Positions 11,094 to 20,389 are shown, counted from the stretch's first letter. The stretch: DNA of 64,000 bases from Thermoproteota archaeon (GCA_030550455.1 JAUQPH010000007.1:5600-69599); one strand, 5' to 3'. A program made the numbers and translations. The notes: a model not told the origin generated them from the sequence alone.

Positions 11094-11291
11094 TCAAAAA
11101 GTACTACTGAAAAGAGTTTTAAAGCTGTTCATTATGGCGTGTTCTAATGTATAAGTAGATTTTAATATCGTTCCCACACGAGTTAACTTTGTGCTTTAGT
11201 ACTACCTACGTTTTCGTGAAGGTTGGTGTATTTTGTAGTGTTAAACTAGTTATTTAAACTTCCTTCCAGGGTTACTTAAGGGTGTCGAGGA

Positions 11292-11855
11292 TTGGTTAGA
11301 TATGGTCTTGCTATGAGAGTTAAAAATATTGCTAGAACTGGGTGGATGATGCGGGGTATACCACCTTCTGACTCAGAAACGGTTGGTTCCCACTCTTTCG
11401 AGGTAGCCTTCTTATCTATGCTTATCGCTGACCGCCTTACAAGTATAGGAGTGACCGTAGATGTGTCTAAAATCCTTAGGTTGGCGTTATTACACGATCT
11501 TACTGAAAGCGTTATTGGTGATATAGTTAGAGCGGTTAAGGAGTCTATTAGTGGTTCCCAGCAACTAGAAGAGAGAGCCATTCGGGAGTTAGGCATGGAT
11601 AACTACGTAGACATCTATCAGGAGCTGTTGGAGGGTAAGAGCTTAGAGGCTATACTAATAAAAATTTGCGATAATCTTGCTACACTACTTCAGGGGCTAC
11701 GGTATCTTAGTAAGGGATATACTTCGGTAATCGATATAGTTGAGTCGACTAAACAGAGAATAGAAGAAATTCTCAAATCTGAAACGCTATCAGAAGAAGC
11801 TAGAAGAGTAATAAGCGACTTAATAATGAAGCTCGTGGTGTCCGAGGAGCTTTGA
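11292..11855 (+). CDS. HD-domain phosphohydrolase (YfbR-like 5'-nucleotidase type)
   Basis: HSFEVA ... LLHDLTESVIGD (H...HD...D pattern). The start may be the internal ATG at 11313. Confidence 0.7.
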   Translation: MVRYGLAMRVKNIARTGWMMRGIPPSDSETVGSHSFEVAFLSMLIADRLTSIGVTVDVSKILRLALLHDLTESVIGDIVRAVKESISGSQQLEERAIRELGMDNYVDIYQELLEGKSLEAILIKICDNLATLLQGLRYLSKGYTSVIDIVESTKQRIEEILKSETLSEEARRVISDLIMKLVVSEEL

Positions 11856-12175
11856 CCGATCGTAGCGTCTTCCGTCTTAATTTTCCGCAGGTCTTCCTAG
11901 GTCGAGTCGTTACTGTTTCCTGTGCCCTCTCCACTGCCTGCAGCGGTCTCCATGCCCGGGGTCGCCGAAACTTTCGAGTTCCGAGGCTTGTAGGCCTTGC
12001 TCGCACTCAATCGCATTAAAGGCCTCGAAAATCCTAGAGAAACCTTCAAGGAACAGAAACATATAGATGGGAATCAGCCTCCAACTTCCTTTTGCCGTCT
12101 ATTGTTGACCTCCTGGGGTAAGTACCTTTCTTCATCGACGAAATACTCCAGTTTTTCTCCTCACTCCTCTTTATC

Positions 12176-13180
12176 TTGGGTGTGTTGATGAAGGTGTTGG
12201 TAATCTCGGTGCTTATGCTCGTTACTCTCTTTAGTGGTGCTCACGCTCACGGCGTTTATAGTGTTATCGATGCCCAGCGCGTACTAATGTTTCTGAGATC
12301 CCAGTACATCGGGGAGGCCGGATTGCTTAGAGCGGCTGTGAGAGCGTATCCGGACAACATGACAATATATGTGGCAAACGACAACGTTCTCGCAGCAAGA
12401 GCCCTCATGGTTCTGGGAGACATGGATATATCTAGAAGGATACTCACGAAGCTAAACAGCGAGTACGGTGGAGGCTTTAACAGTAGAATTGAGGTACTCT
12501 TCGGCGTAGACATACCGGACGTGTTCTACACAGTGAAGTACGAGTACATCGGAGAAGTGAACGGCTACGTCATACTCTACGAGAAACCTGGAGACCGGAC
12601 TATAGAGAATTGGTACGAGTACGCCGACTTAGTCGTGTATCGTGCTCTAAATAGACTACTCCGAGGCTCCAGACCACACGCTGAACTCCTCTTCTTGAAT
12701 TTGACTAGGATGTGGAATGGATACGGGTTCAGAGATAAAGCATACGAGGCTGTAGGCGTGTATAGTACGTACAAGTGCGCGCTCTTCATCTACCTCCACC
12801 GTGCCCTCGAAGCCGCGGGGTCAGACGTCGTCGAAGACTACGTCTACGTCAGGAACAAGTGTCTTGAGATAATAGCACTGGCTCAAGACCCCGAGACAGG
12901 TGGGATAAGAACAGACTACAGAGTAGTAAACGATAAAATCATCACCGAGGGAGACGTAAACGTTGAGACAACGAGCATCGTTGTGCTAGCGCTCTACTCC
13001 GACTACCCGCTACTGTTTTCAAGAAGGGCTAGGCAAGCTAGCTCGGTTGCCGAAGCGTACCCGCTCGCTGAGTCAGTAGCATACGTAGTGCTAATAGCAG
13101 CACTTATAGCGTTCACGTATAGATTCATGCTGAAGCTCATCAAAGCCCACCATACCAGCAGCTCACTAAAGCCTTCCTAA
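12176..13180 (+). CDS. Hypothetical exported or anchored protein
   Basis: 334 aa with an N-terminal signal-like MKVLVISVLMLVTLFSGAHA and a C-terminal hydrophobic helix. Confidence 0.5.
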   Translation: MGVLMKVLVISVLMLVTLFSGAHAHGVYSVIDAQRVLMFLRSQYIGEAGLLRAAVRAYPDNMTIYVANDNVLAARALMVLGDMDISRRILTKLNSEYGGGFNSRIEVLFGVDIPDVFYTVKYEYIGEVNGYVILYEKPGDRTIENWYEYADLVVYRALNRLLRGSRPHAELLFLNLTRMWNGYGFRDKAYEAVGVYSTYKCALFIYLHRALEAAGSDVVEDYVYVRNKCLEIIALAQDPETGGIRTDYRVVNDKIITEGDVNVETTSIVVLALYSDYPLLFSRRARQASSVAEAYPLAESVAYVVLIAALIAFTYRFMLKLIKAHHTSSSLKPS

Positions 13181-13724
13181 GCCTCTTCGAGCTCTCCTTA
13201 CACCTTAATGGAGGCTGAAGAGGACCATGGACTACGACCCGATCACGGGGAAAGGGGACATGTGGGGTAGAGCGGTAAGAGACCTGGCAAAACAGCGCAA
13301 AGTGAACAAGGTGCGGTTGCCCAAGACAACGCTCAGATGCTTCACAGGCTTCCGTTGCGTATAAACAGAATAACGAGAAAGTTCGCGACGCCGTTAAGCG
13401 TCTGTTAAATTGGGGTGTCCTCCGCCTATTACAGACGCCGACGGTCGACCATTTCCCGCTACCCGCCTCCTAGGAGCCCTAATTGGTAGCCCCTAGAGTT
13501 CCACAAGTCTCACTAGTGGAGTAGTATCTCTCCGAAAACCTTACACCAGCGTGGGAAAAACTTCGGAGATCCCCGAAAACTAGCTCAACAAAACAGCCAC
13601 CAGACCCCTTGGATGATCACTGCCGTTGAGATGTAATCAGGCTAGGAGAGCCTTTCATATCCTTGTTCATGCTATAGGATATTAGGCTGAAAACGACAGC
13701 AAACGGGAAACAGATGCTGTGCCG

Positions 13725-13772
13725 GTGATGAGCTCAGCGATAGTGATAGGTGATCTTACCTGTCTCAGCTGA
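13725..13772 (+). ncRNA. Candidate box C/D sRNA
   Basis: GTGATGA (C) - 11 nt - GTGA (D'-like) - 3 nt - GTGATCT (C'-like) - 12 nt - CTGA (D). The spacing fits archaeal C/D sRNAs, and it lies in an ORF-free region. The internal boxes are degenerate. Confidence 0.35.
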
Positions 13773-14081
13773 GGACCGTATTGCGTGCTAAAAACTATTT
13801 CCAACACTAAGTTTTCTTGAGGTCCATTTACCATCGATAGCATGCTTACATGTCACAATAACATCCAAATAGGATTTGATGGTGTGGTTACGGGACCCAC
13901 GGGTTCACGCCTAAATTTTCTACACTACTTAAACTAGTTTATAAATGTTCACTTTTTAGTGCTCAAGGTGTTTAATTAAGAAGAAGTTACTCTATTCCGT
14001 AATACCAAGAAAAAAGGTTTAACATATTATGATAGTAAAGATATACTAGCTCCGCATGCAAAACAGTAAATGGAGGCGCCA

Positions 14082-14225
14082 GCCTCTACGGATCGATCAG
14101 TAAAAACCAAGCACGCTCCGGGCAGGCTAGACCCCAAATGGGGGAGTGACCCCGGGTAAGCTCCCTCATTAGGGGTCTGCGAGCTCAGGGCGCTGCCTGG
14201 TTTTACTGATCGATCCGTAGAGGGC
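14082..14225. repeat. 144-nt extended palindrome or structured element
   Basis: Arm 14082-14108 pairs with arm 14199-14225 over about 26 bp with one bulged A. The arms contain ATCGAT. A GC-rich interior holds nested helices (GACCCC/GGGGTC, GGGGGAG/CTCCCTC, GGCAG/CTGCC). Confidence 0.6.
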
Positions 14226-14547
14226 GAGACCTCAGCATTTCTAGTAGTCTCCAACCGTTGCCAACATAAGTAGGCTTCTTGATTTCGTATACGATCTGTC
14301 TGTTTGCGTCGACTGCTAGCGAGCCAACGGGTTCCGGTATCTCTAGAAGGTAGGAGTAGTGTTTAACAGGGAGAGCGGCGTAAACGTAGTCTGATAGTCC
14401 AACTCTTTTTAGTAGTTGATGAAATAGTTTTTGCTTAGGTCTCGACTTTACCTCGATTACATATATAAGTGGTCTACTTCTACTGTCCTCGAATGCTACA
14501 AGGTCTATTTCTAGTTCTCCTACTATGACGTTTGAATAGACATCCAT
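14203..14547 (-). CDS. Small protein with a PD-(D/E)XK-like nuclease motif (putative)
   Basis: 114 aa with GELEIDLVAF ... LIYVIEVK, an E-x-D ... E-V-K pattern. The last ~8 codons and the stop lie inside the right arm of the 14082-14225 palindrome. Confidence 0.4.
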   Translation of the reverse strand: MDVYSNVIVGELEIDLVAFEDSRSRPLIYVIEVKSRPKQKLFHQLLKRVGLSDYVYAALPVKHYSYLLEIPEPVGSLAVDANRQIVYEIKKPTYVGNGWRLLEMLRSRPLRIDQ

Positions 14548-14819
14548 ACCTAGATCCTTAAGTACTCTACTTATTACCTCTATTAGCCTCTTCTCTAATG
14601 TAGCCCAATTAAGTTTCTATCTACAGTAGATATATCAACGTGTGTACTATATTTGTTTACTGCTAATTCAAAGACTTATAGTGCTGGTAATACCATGAGG
14701 AGTCACTGTAGTTACCGAGTTGATTGAACGCTAGGTAAGAGATCGGTTTTGCCGACATATTGAACTAAATAAAAAATAAAAAATATAAGCTTTTTAGAGA
14801 TCGTAGTTATGGTTATAGC

Positions 14820-15263
14820 ATGGTATTATACGATGTCAGATGTAGAGATGTAGCAAGAATTCTAGCGAGTGGACCCCGAACCAGGAAAGAGATAGGAACA
14901 GAACTTAGGAAGATCTACCCAACTCTTAGGGCTAGAGGAGCTTGGGTGCGTGAGGTACTTCTCGAGTGGAATCCTTTGGTTGTAAAAATAGGTAATGATA
15001 CTTGGGATCTAAGTGATTTAGGTAGGGCCTTAGTCAAGCTTCCCGGGGAGTTAGGTAAACCTTTAACAACCGAGGAAAAGATATTTCTACTGGGACTCCT
15101 TCTTCTAGACCCTCGCCAGAGGAAGATCACTGCCGAACTACTGGCCTTAGGCAAGTCTTCTGCCGCAGATAAGTGGGCAGTGATTCAAACTACTAGAGTA
15201 CTGGAGAAGTTGGGTGTGTACGAGAGAACTCCGCGAGTAGTTGAAACAACATCGGGCGTGTAA
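14820..15263 (+). CDS. Hypothetical protein, possible winged-helix DNA-binding protein
   Basis: 147-aa ORF after an AT-rich promoter-like stretch (14761-14800). No firm motif. Confidence 0.4.
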   Translation: MVLYDVRCRDVARILASGPRTRKEIGTELRKIYPTLRARGAWVREVLLEWNPLVVKIGNDTWDLSDLGRALVKLPGELGKPLTTEEKIFLLGLLLLDPRQRKITAELLALGKSSAADKWAVIQTTRVLEKLGVYERTPRVVETTSGV

Positions 15264-15374
15264 CGATTCACTCGCAAGCTCTTCAGAGTAAGCACCTTTT
15301 TATGTGTTAAAGCTGTTTCGAATTAGCTTAGGCTCTAGTTTAAAGTAGAGTCTAAAGTAGTATTTGGAAACAAA

Positions 15375-16586
15375 ATGGAAGTAGAAGAGACAATTAAGCA
15401 CTTAGGGTCGGAAAAAATTGTACAACTAGCTATAAAACTCGTAAGGGACTCTTTAAGTAGGTTAGACCTCTCTAAAGAAGCCCCCTTAAAAATAATGAAC
15501 TTCTGTGGAACTCATGAGTGGACTACCGTTAGGTACGGTATAAGGTCTCTGCTTCCTGAAGTTGTAGAACTCGTAGCCGGCCCTGGATGCCCAGTTTGTG
15601 TAACTCCCGGATCTATCATCGAGCAAGCAGTAAAGCTGTCTCTAGAGGGACTAAGGGTCTACACTTTTGGTGACGCGTTTAGAGCTCCGTCTACTTCCCC
15701 CAACTTCCCTCGTAGCTTAGCGGAAGCTAAAGCTCTTGGTGCGGATATTAGAGTAGTCTACAGCTTCTATGACGCCATAGAGGACTCCAGGAGTGACGGT
15801 AAGGAATCGGTTTTTCTAGGCATAGGCTTTGAGACTACCGCCCCATCGTACGCTATCCCGATATACAGCGGTAAGGTACCCAGAAACCTTAAGCTCTTGA
15901 GTGCTTTAAGACTGACCCCACCGGTCATGAGATACACCGTTAAGCTCTATAAGGAAAGAGGTCTTCTCCCGATAAGAGGTGTAATAGCCCCCGGTCATGT
16001 CTCGGTGATAACAGGAGCTTCTGCGTGGGAGTTCCTCCCAAAGGAGTTCGGTATAGCGGTAGCCGTATCGGGATTCGACGGCTTCGACCTCCTCGTGTCT
16101 ATAGCAGAAATAGTGAGAATGGTCGCCGAGAAGTCTCCGGGCGTCTATATTGAGTACAGGAGGGCTGTGAAGTGGGAAGGCAACTTGTTAGCAAGAAAGT
16201 ACATAAGTGAAGTCTTCGAAGAAGCTGATAGTGCTTGGAGAGGAATAGGGTACATACCAAAAAGCGGTCTTCTACTAAGAGAGAGGTTTAAAGAACTTGA
16301 TGCGTACCAACAGTACGGTTTGAGACCTCCGGGACCCGAGAGTTACGTACTTACTACAGCATCTAGTAGCCCCGACCTCCCCCCATCGTGTAGGTGTGGT
16401 GAAGTAGTACTAGGGATAGCCAAGCCCACACAGTGCTTAATGTTTATGAAAGCGTGTACACCAAGCAAACCCTACGGACCGTGCATGGTCTCTCAAGAAG
16501 GGACCTGCTACATATGGGCTAAATATGGAGACCTAAACGCGAAGATACTTAGTAGAATAACTGAGCCAGGTAACAGACGCTCATAA
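15375..16586 (+). CDS. hypD: [NiFe]-hydrogenase maturation factor HypD
   Basis: Motifs FCGTHE, GPGCPVCVT, GFETTAP and PGHVSVITG, plus a C-terminal Cys cluster. Confidence 0.85.
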   Translation: MEVEETIKHLGSEKIVQLAIKLVRDSLSRLDLSKEAPLKIMNFCGTHEWTTVRYGIRSLLPEVVELVAGPGCPVCVTPGSIIEQAVKLSLEGLRVYTFGDAFRAPSTSPNFPRSLAEAKALGADIRVVYSFYDAIEDSRSDGKESVFLGIGFETTAPSYAIPIYSGKVPRNLKLLSALRLTPPVMRYTVKLYKERGLLPIRGVIAPGHVSVITGASAWEFLPKEFGIAVAVSGFDGFDLLVSIAEIVRMVAEKSPGVYIEYRRAVKWEGNLLARKYISEVFEEADSAWRGIGYIPKSGLLLRERFKELDAYQQYGLRPPGPESYVLTTASSSPDLPPSCRCGEVVLGIAKPTQCLMFMKACTPSKPYGPCMVSQEGTCYIWAKYGDLNAKILSRITEPGNRRS

Positions 16587-16619
16587 AGTATAACCTGAAG
16601 GTATCGCAGATAATGAATC

Positions 16620-16641
16620 CCGAGTCATTTAACTGACTCGG
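16620..16641 (+). terminator. Hairpin downstream of hypD
   Basis: CCGAGTCA-6 nt-TGACTCGG begins 34 nt after the hypD stop. Archaeal termination normally relies on T-tracts, so the function is uncertain. Confidence 0.3.
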
Positions 16642-16679
16642 TCTTAGTTCTATGGCAAACACTATATAGTGTACCACAG

Positions 16680-16953
16680 CCTCGTGAAACTGTTTAGTTT
16701 TTCATATCTGTTTGTATCGGTTGGTATTGATCGGAAACTTTATAAACACCTTGATATATGTAGAGGTACTTCGATGAGGGATCGAGAGCTGTTTGATAGT
16801 GTAGATGGTGGCTCTCCCCGAGACATCTAAGATGTGGGGTGCTAGGAGTCGCCCTGAACGCCCCCAAGGGTGATGCAAACCCAAGACCAATGCGGGGGAA
16901 AGAGATGAGGCTATGAAACCAACCGATATAAACCTACATCAGAGCTGAACCCC
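16680..16953 (-). repeat. Dispersed repeat family, copy 1 (subfamily A)
   Basis: The reverse complement aligns almost end to end with 45891-46167 and 50499-50757. Confidence 0.85.
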
Positions 16954-17060
16954 ACACTCTCTTAGCTGGTTTGAGCAAGTTTCAACCAGTACAACTTTCT
17001 TTTATGAGAGATGGCTAGTTGTCTTAATAAGTTATAAAGCTTTTTACGGTTGGTGAAAAC

Positions 17061-17966
17061 TTGGCTATTAGGATCCCGAGGGATCAAGTTATCTACAGCT
17101 TCTCCAAGAGGCACTCAGCTAGGTATACAGCGGTTCCAGGTGATTCGGTTATCTTTGAAACAGTTGATGCTCTAGGAGGTCAGATAGTGAATGAATCAAC
17201 AACTCTCGATAAGATCGACTGGAGCAGGGTAAACCCGGCGACAGGGCCTCTCTACGTCGAGGGAGCTAGACCGGGCGATACACTAGTAGTTGAAATAGAG
17301 GATATAAAGGTATCAGATAGGGCCGTGATCCTCGTAGCTCCGGGGTTCGGAGCGCTACCGGACAAGGACTTTAGACCATCGGTCAAGATACTGAGAGTAG
17401 TGGGGGAGAAGTTGATATTTGGAAACCTAGAGATCAAGGTTAGACCTATGGTTGGTGTACTAGGTGTGGCTCCAGAAGAAGGAGAAATTCCAACAGGCAC
17501 TTCCGGCTACCATGGAGGAAATATGGACGTAGCTTTGCTCACAATAGGGAGTAGAGTATACCTACCAGTGTTTACTGATGGTGCTCTACTAGCTTTAGGA
17601 GATATACACGTAGTTCAAGCAGATGGAGAGATATGTGTGGCAGCTGCTGAAGCCTCCGGTGAAGTGAGAGTTAAGGTAGGTTTAGTGAAGGGAAAGAGAC
17701 CTAGGTACCCGGTAATTGAGAGTGAAGACAAGTACTCGATCGTGGCTTTCGGAAAGGATCTCGACGAGGCTGCTTATAGAGCCTCCGAGGAGGCTGTATA
17801 TACCCTCATGAGGGCACAAGGCTTAAGCTTTGAGGAATCGTATATGCTTGCTAGTCTGGTAGTGGATTTAAGGATAAACCAGGTTGTTGACCCAGTAAAG
17901 GGAGTTAGAGCTGAGATACCAAAGAAATACGTCAAGCTAGAGCACCTCCTACATCACTTAACTTGA
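17061..17966 (+). CDS. Acetamidase/formamidase-family amidohydrolase
   Basis: 301 aa with NPATGPLYVEGARPGDTLVVEIEDI, typical of the FmdA/AmdA family. TTG start, with TTATAAAG 30 nt upstream. Confidence 0.75.
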   Translation: MAIRIPRDQVIYSFSKRHSARYTAVPGDSVIFETVDALGGQIVNESTTLDKIDWSRVNPATGPLYVEGARPGDTLVVEIEDIKVSDRAVILVAPGFGALPDKDFRPSVKILRVVGEKLIFGNLEIKVRPMVGVLGVAPEEGEIPTGTSGYHGGNMDVALLTIGSRVYLPVFTDGALLALGDIHVVQADGEICVAAAEASGEVRVKVGLVKGKRPRYPVIESEDKYSIVAFGKDLDEAAYRASEEAVYTLMRAQGLSFEESYMLASLVVDLRINQVVDPVKGVRAEIPKKYVKLEHLLHHLT

Positions 17967-17970
17967 ACCA

Positions 17971-18696
17971 TTACTGCGAACTACTCGAGCTATCATTACT
18001 GTTCTTGCTTTTTTCAGTGAAAACTTTTAAATCTCTAGTGACTTTCTTAACGTACGGCTCGTTGATAACTCTGAAGATAAGGTTGGCTTTTTCCTCTGAC
18101 AGTCCTTCAGTACTTGCTAGCTCAGCTATAGAAGCGTTAAACACTCTTTTCACGCTACCGAATTTTCTCAGAAGCCTCTCGGCAGTCTTGATACCAACTC
18201 CCGGGAGTGCTGAGACAACGTATAATTGCCACTCGCTTAGTGGAGCGTCTCTAGGCTTATTTTTAGAAACTGTAGTAGTTCTTAGAGCGTAAGGGGACTC
18301 ATAGAGCTTTATGGATAAATACTTCAGTACTTCGGCAGTATGCTTTGGGTCGCTCGTGAGTATGACCGGTACCCTGTCTACAATAGAGGAATAGTAAAGA
18401 GCTGCTAAAACACTTTTGTAGTTCGACGTAATGTACTTCATCTTCTCTAAGTCTCCTTCAACTATGAGAAAGCACCTGTCGGCAGAACGAGTTAGTCTAG
18501 ACAACTGACTAAAGAATCTCCCATCGAAGACGGACTTAGCCAAGTCACTAACAGTCTTTCTCTCAGCGACCACGTCCTCAGCTATGACGTAATCTCCTAC
18601 TGCTAGTTGCTTAAAAATCACTAGCACACCTAGTTCTGTCAGATACTTAGGCACTTCTGATTCTTTCTCTCTGATGTCTACGTAGATTTTAACCAT
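17971..18696 (-). CDS. xpf: XPF/ERCC4-type structure-specific endonuclease, short crenarchaeal form
   Basis: ERCC4 motif GDYVI..ERKTVSDL and a C-terminal helix-hairpin-helix ALPGVGIKTAERLLRKFGS. No helicase domain. Confidence 0.8.
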   Translation of the reverse strand: MVKIYVDIREKESEVPKYLTELGVLVIFKQLAVGDYVIAEDVVAERKTVSDLAKSVFDGRFFSQLSRLTRSADRCFLIVEGDLEKMKYITSNYKSVLAALYYSSIVDRVPVILTSDPKHTAEVLKYLSIKLYESPYALRTTTVSKNKPRDAPLSEWQLYVVSALPGVGIKTAERLLRKFGSVKRVFNASIAELASTEGLSEEKANLIFRVINEPYVKKVTRDLKVFTEKSKNSNDSSSSSQ

Positions 18697-19725
18697 CTAG
18701 ACGCACTCCTCCATCCATCTACCTCTCTCTAAGACTCGAACTTTATAACCACGTGCTGAAAAGAACTCAATCAATAGTCTTTCTATGTCTTTAATTGTAT
18801 TAATCGGAACTGAAGCTCCTGCCGCAGCTTCGTGACCACCTCCACCTCCCCCCAGTCTCTCCCCAACGTATTTAGCTAGCTCAGCAGCTATTGGAGCCTC
18901 AAGTTCCTTAACAAGCCTTGTACTCGCCCTAATAGTCACGCGAGCCTCACTTTCACGAGGTGTAAGAGCTATTGCGATGTCAGATCCCGCCTCAATTGAG
19001 TATTTAAGAGATGATGACTCATACGCTCCTATACACGTGATCGTCATAAGGTAGTCACTTCCTATTGAATACACACCCATTCTCGATAGGCTCCTCAATC
19101 TAGCGACACGCTCAGCATAAGGAACCTCCTGCTGAGTTAAGAGGCGACTAACGTCTTCGATGTCAGCACCAGAATTTAAGAGCCAATCAACTACCTTTAG
19201 CAACCTAGAGTTCAAGATCCTCAAGAACTTCGTGTCGAACATGATACCAGCTAGTAGTAGTGTAGCATAGCTTCTAGGGATACTATAGCCAGATAGCATG
19301 AGGACTTCAGCTAAGAGAGCCGATGTTGCCTTAGACTCCGGGTCATAAACGTGCGTCTCACATACATCTATAAGTGTATTCACAGCGTGGTGGTCGATGA
19401 AAGAGCACTTGGAGAACTCCACATTCTCTACTTGGGTGACCGACGATACATCAACGAACACGACTTTCTCGGCCGCGCACTCCCTCATATTCGGAACACT
19501 GAAACCTAGAGCCTGAAGAACTCTCTTACTGACGGAGTCTACCCCTTGTGGGGAACACACCTTAAAGAGATTACCAGAGTAAGAGCTTAGGGAATAGCTT
19601 AGCGCTAGTGCTGCTGCTACGGAGTCGATATCGGCATTTCTATGTGTTACTATTAGTGCTCCATTTTTACACCATGCTAGTAGCTTAGCGAACTTGGTTA
19701 CTAACAGCGGCTTCCCCCTAAACAC
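18697..19725 (-). CDS. DHH/DHHA1-family phosphoesterase (RecJ/NrnA-like)
   Basis: Motifs HRNADIDSVAAA, IDHH and GGGGGHEAAAG. Its stop abuts the xpf start codon. Confidence 0.75.
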   Translation of the reverse strand: MFRGKPLLVTKFAKLLAWCKNGALIVTHRNADIDSVAAALALSYSLSSYSGNLFKVCSPQGVDSVSKRVLQALGFSVPNMRECAAEKVVFVDVSSVTQVENVEFSKCSFIDHHAVNTLIDVCETHVYDPESKATSALLAEVLMLSGYSIPRSYATLLLAGIMFDTKFLRILNSRLLKVVDWLLNSGADIEDVSRLLTQQEVPYAERVARLRSLSRMGVYSIGSDYLMTITCIGAYESSSLKYSIEAGSDIAIALTPRESEARVTIRASTRLVKELEAPIAAELAKYVGERLGGGGGGHEAAAGASVPINTIKDIERLLIEFFSARGYKVRVLERGRWMEECV

Positions 19726-19845
19726 TTCATTTATTAGGTAATGAAGGCCTATTGAACCCGACTGGTCTAACCTCCTCTCCGCACTAAAGAGCGAGGTTTC
19801 AGTTACAAAGAACTTAAACTCATGATGCTGAACTGCTAGCGTAAG

Positions 19846-20379
19846 TTAAGGCTTCCTGAGTAATGCAAACTCAACGTACTTAACGACTACCTCCAACAAA
19901 GAAGCTCTGAGGCAGGTTCTCAAGGTTATGTTGTTATTTACACTTACCTCTACACCGTTAACGAATAACTTAGGGTGAGACATGTGCTTAACTGATATCA
20001 GTACGTACTCTCCCAATTCAATATCGACTTTCGAAGCTATCCCACCTGTCGGACTCAATTCTAGGTCCCTATCTCCTAGGTCTGCTGGTGTCGAAGGCAT
20101 GCCGGCACCAAACCCAGCCCACTCTAGCACTACGAGCTTAAGGCCGCAACTCTCCAGAACATACTTTTCTATTACTCTATAACGCTCAACGCTGTGTACG
20201 TAAGTTAGAGTGATATTAGCTTTAGAGTTGACGGCTATCGCACTAATGTCTCCGTCCACGATAACTAAGCCTATAGAAAGTAGAGGTAGTAAAGTAAGCA
20301 CTAAAGCCGTTGCGAGAACGGATGAATAGACTAGATAGAAAAACGTTTCTCTGCCGAGCTTATTTCTACTCGCCTTCAA
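19846..20379 (-). CDS. DUF1850-like protein (TAXI-TRAP associated)
   Basis: 177 aa with an N-terminal TM segment and YVHSVERYRV...WAGFGAGMP. Immediately downstream of the TAXI binding protein. Confidence 0.6.
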   Translation of the reverse strand: MKASRNKLGRETFFYLVYSSVLATALVLTLLPLLSIGLVIVDGDISAIAVNSKANITLTYVHSVERYRVIEKYVLESCGLKLVVLEWAGFGAGMPSTPADLGDRDLELSPTGGIASKVDIELGEYVLISVKHMSHPKLFVNGVEVSVNNNITLRTCLRASLLEVVVKYVEFALLRKP

Positions 20380-20389
20380 TGCCGGTTCC

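Noticed and set aside
11276-11596. 106-aa ORF antisense to the HD-domain gene
   Set aside because: It overlaps a gene with clear HD motifs and has no motif of its own.
11800-12188. Arg-rich 68-aa and 63-aa ORFs in the GC-rich spacer between the HD gene and 12176-13180
   Set aside because: Their composition (poly-Arg/Pro/Thr) suggests non-coding GC-rich DNA. The spacer may be a decayed gene or an ncRNA, but I could not support either.
13757-13768. Predicting an rRNA methylation target for the C/D candidate's D guide
   Set aside because: The reverse complement CUGAGACAGGUA matches the conserved 16S 'CUGAGACA' stretch for only 8 nt. No rRNA is in the window to test against.
14082-14225. Possibility that the hairpin is SRP (7S) RNA or RNase P RNA
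   Set aside because: It is too short (144 nt). I also could not find the helix-8 GGAAGG(G/A)AGCA-type motif or the RNase P AGGAAAGUCC / P4 motifs.
14027-14254. 75-aa ORF covering the long palindrome
   Set aside because: The reading frame runs through both arms of a 144-nt palindrome, so the palindrome itself explains the sequence.
16702-16890. 62-aa ORF inside repeat copy 1
   Set aside because: The equivalent frame is not open in copies 3 and 4, so the family is not protein-coding.
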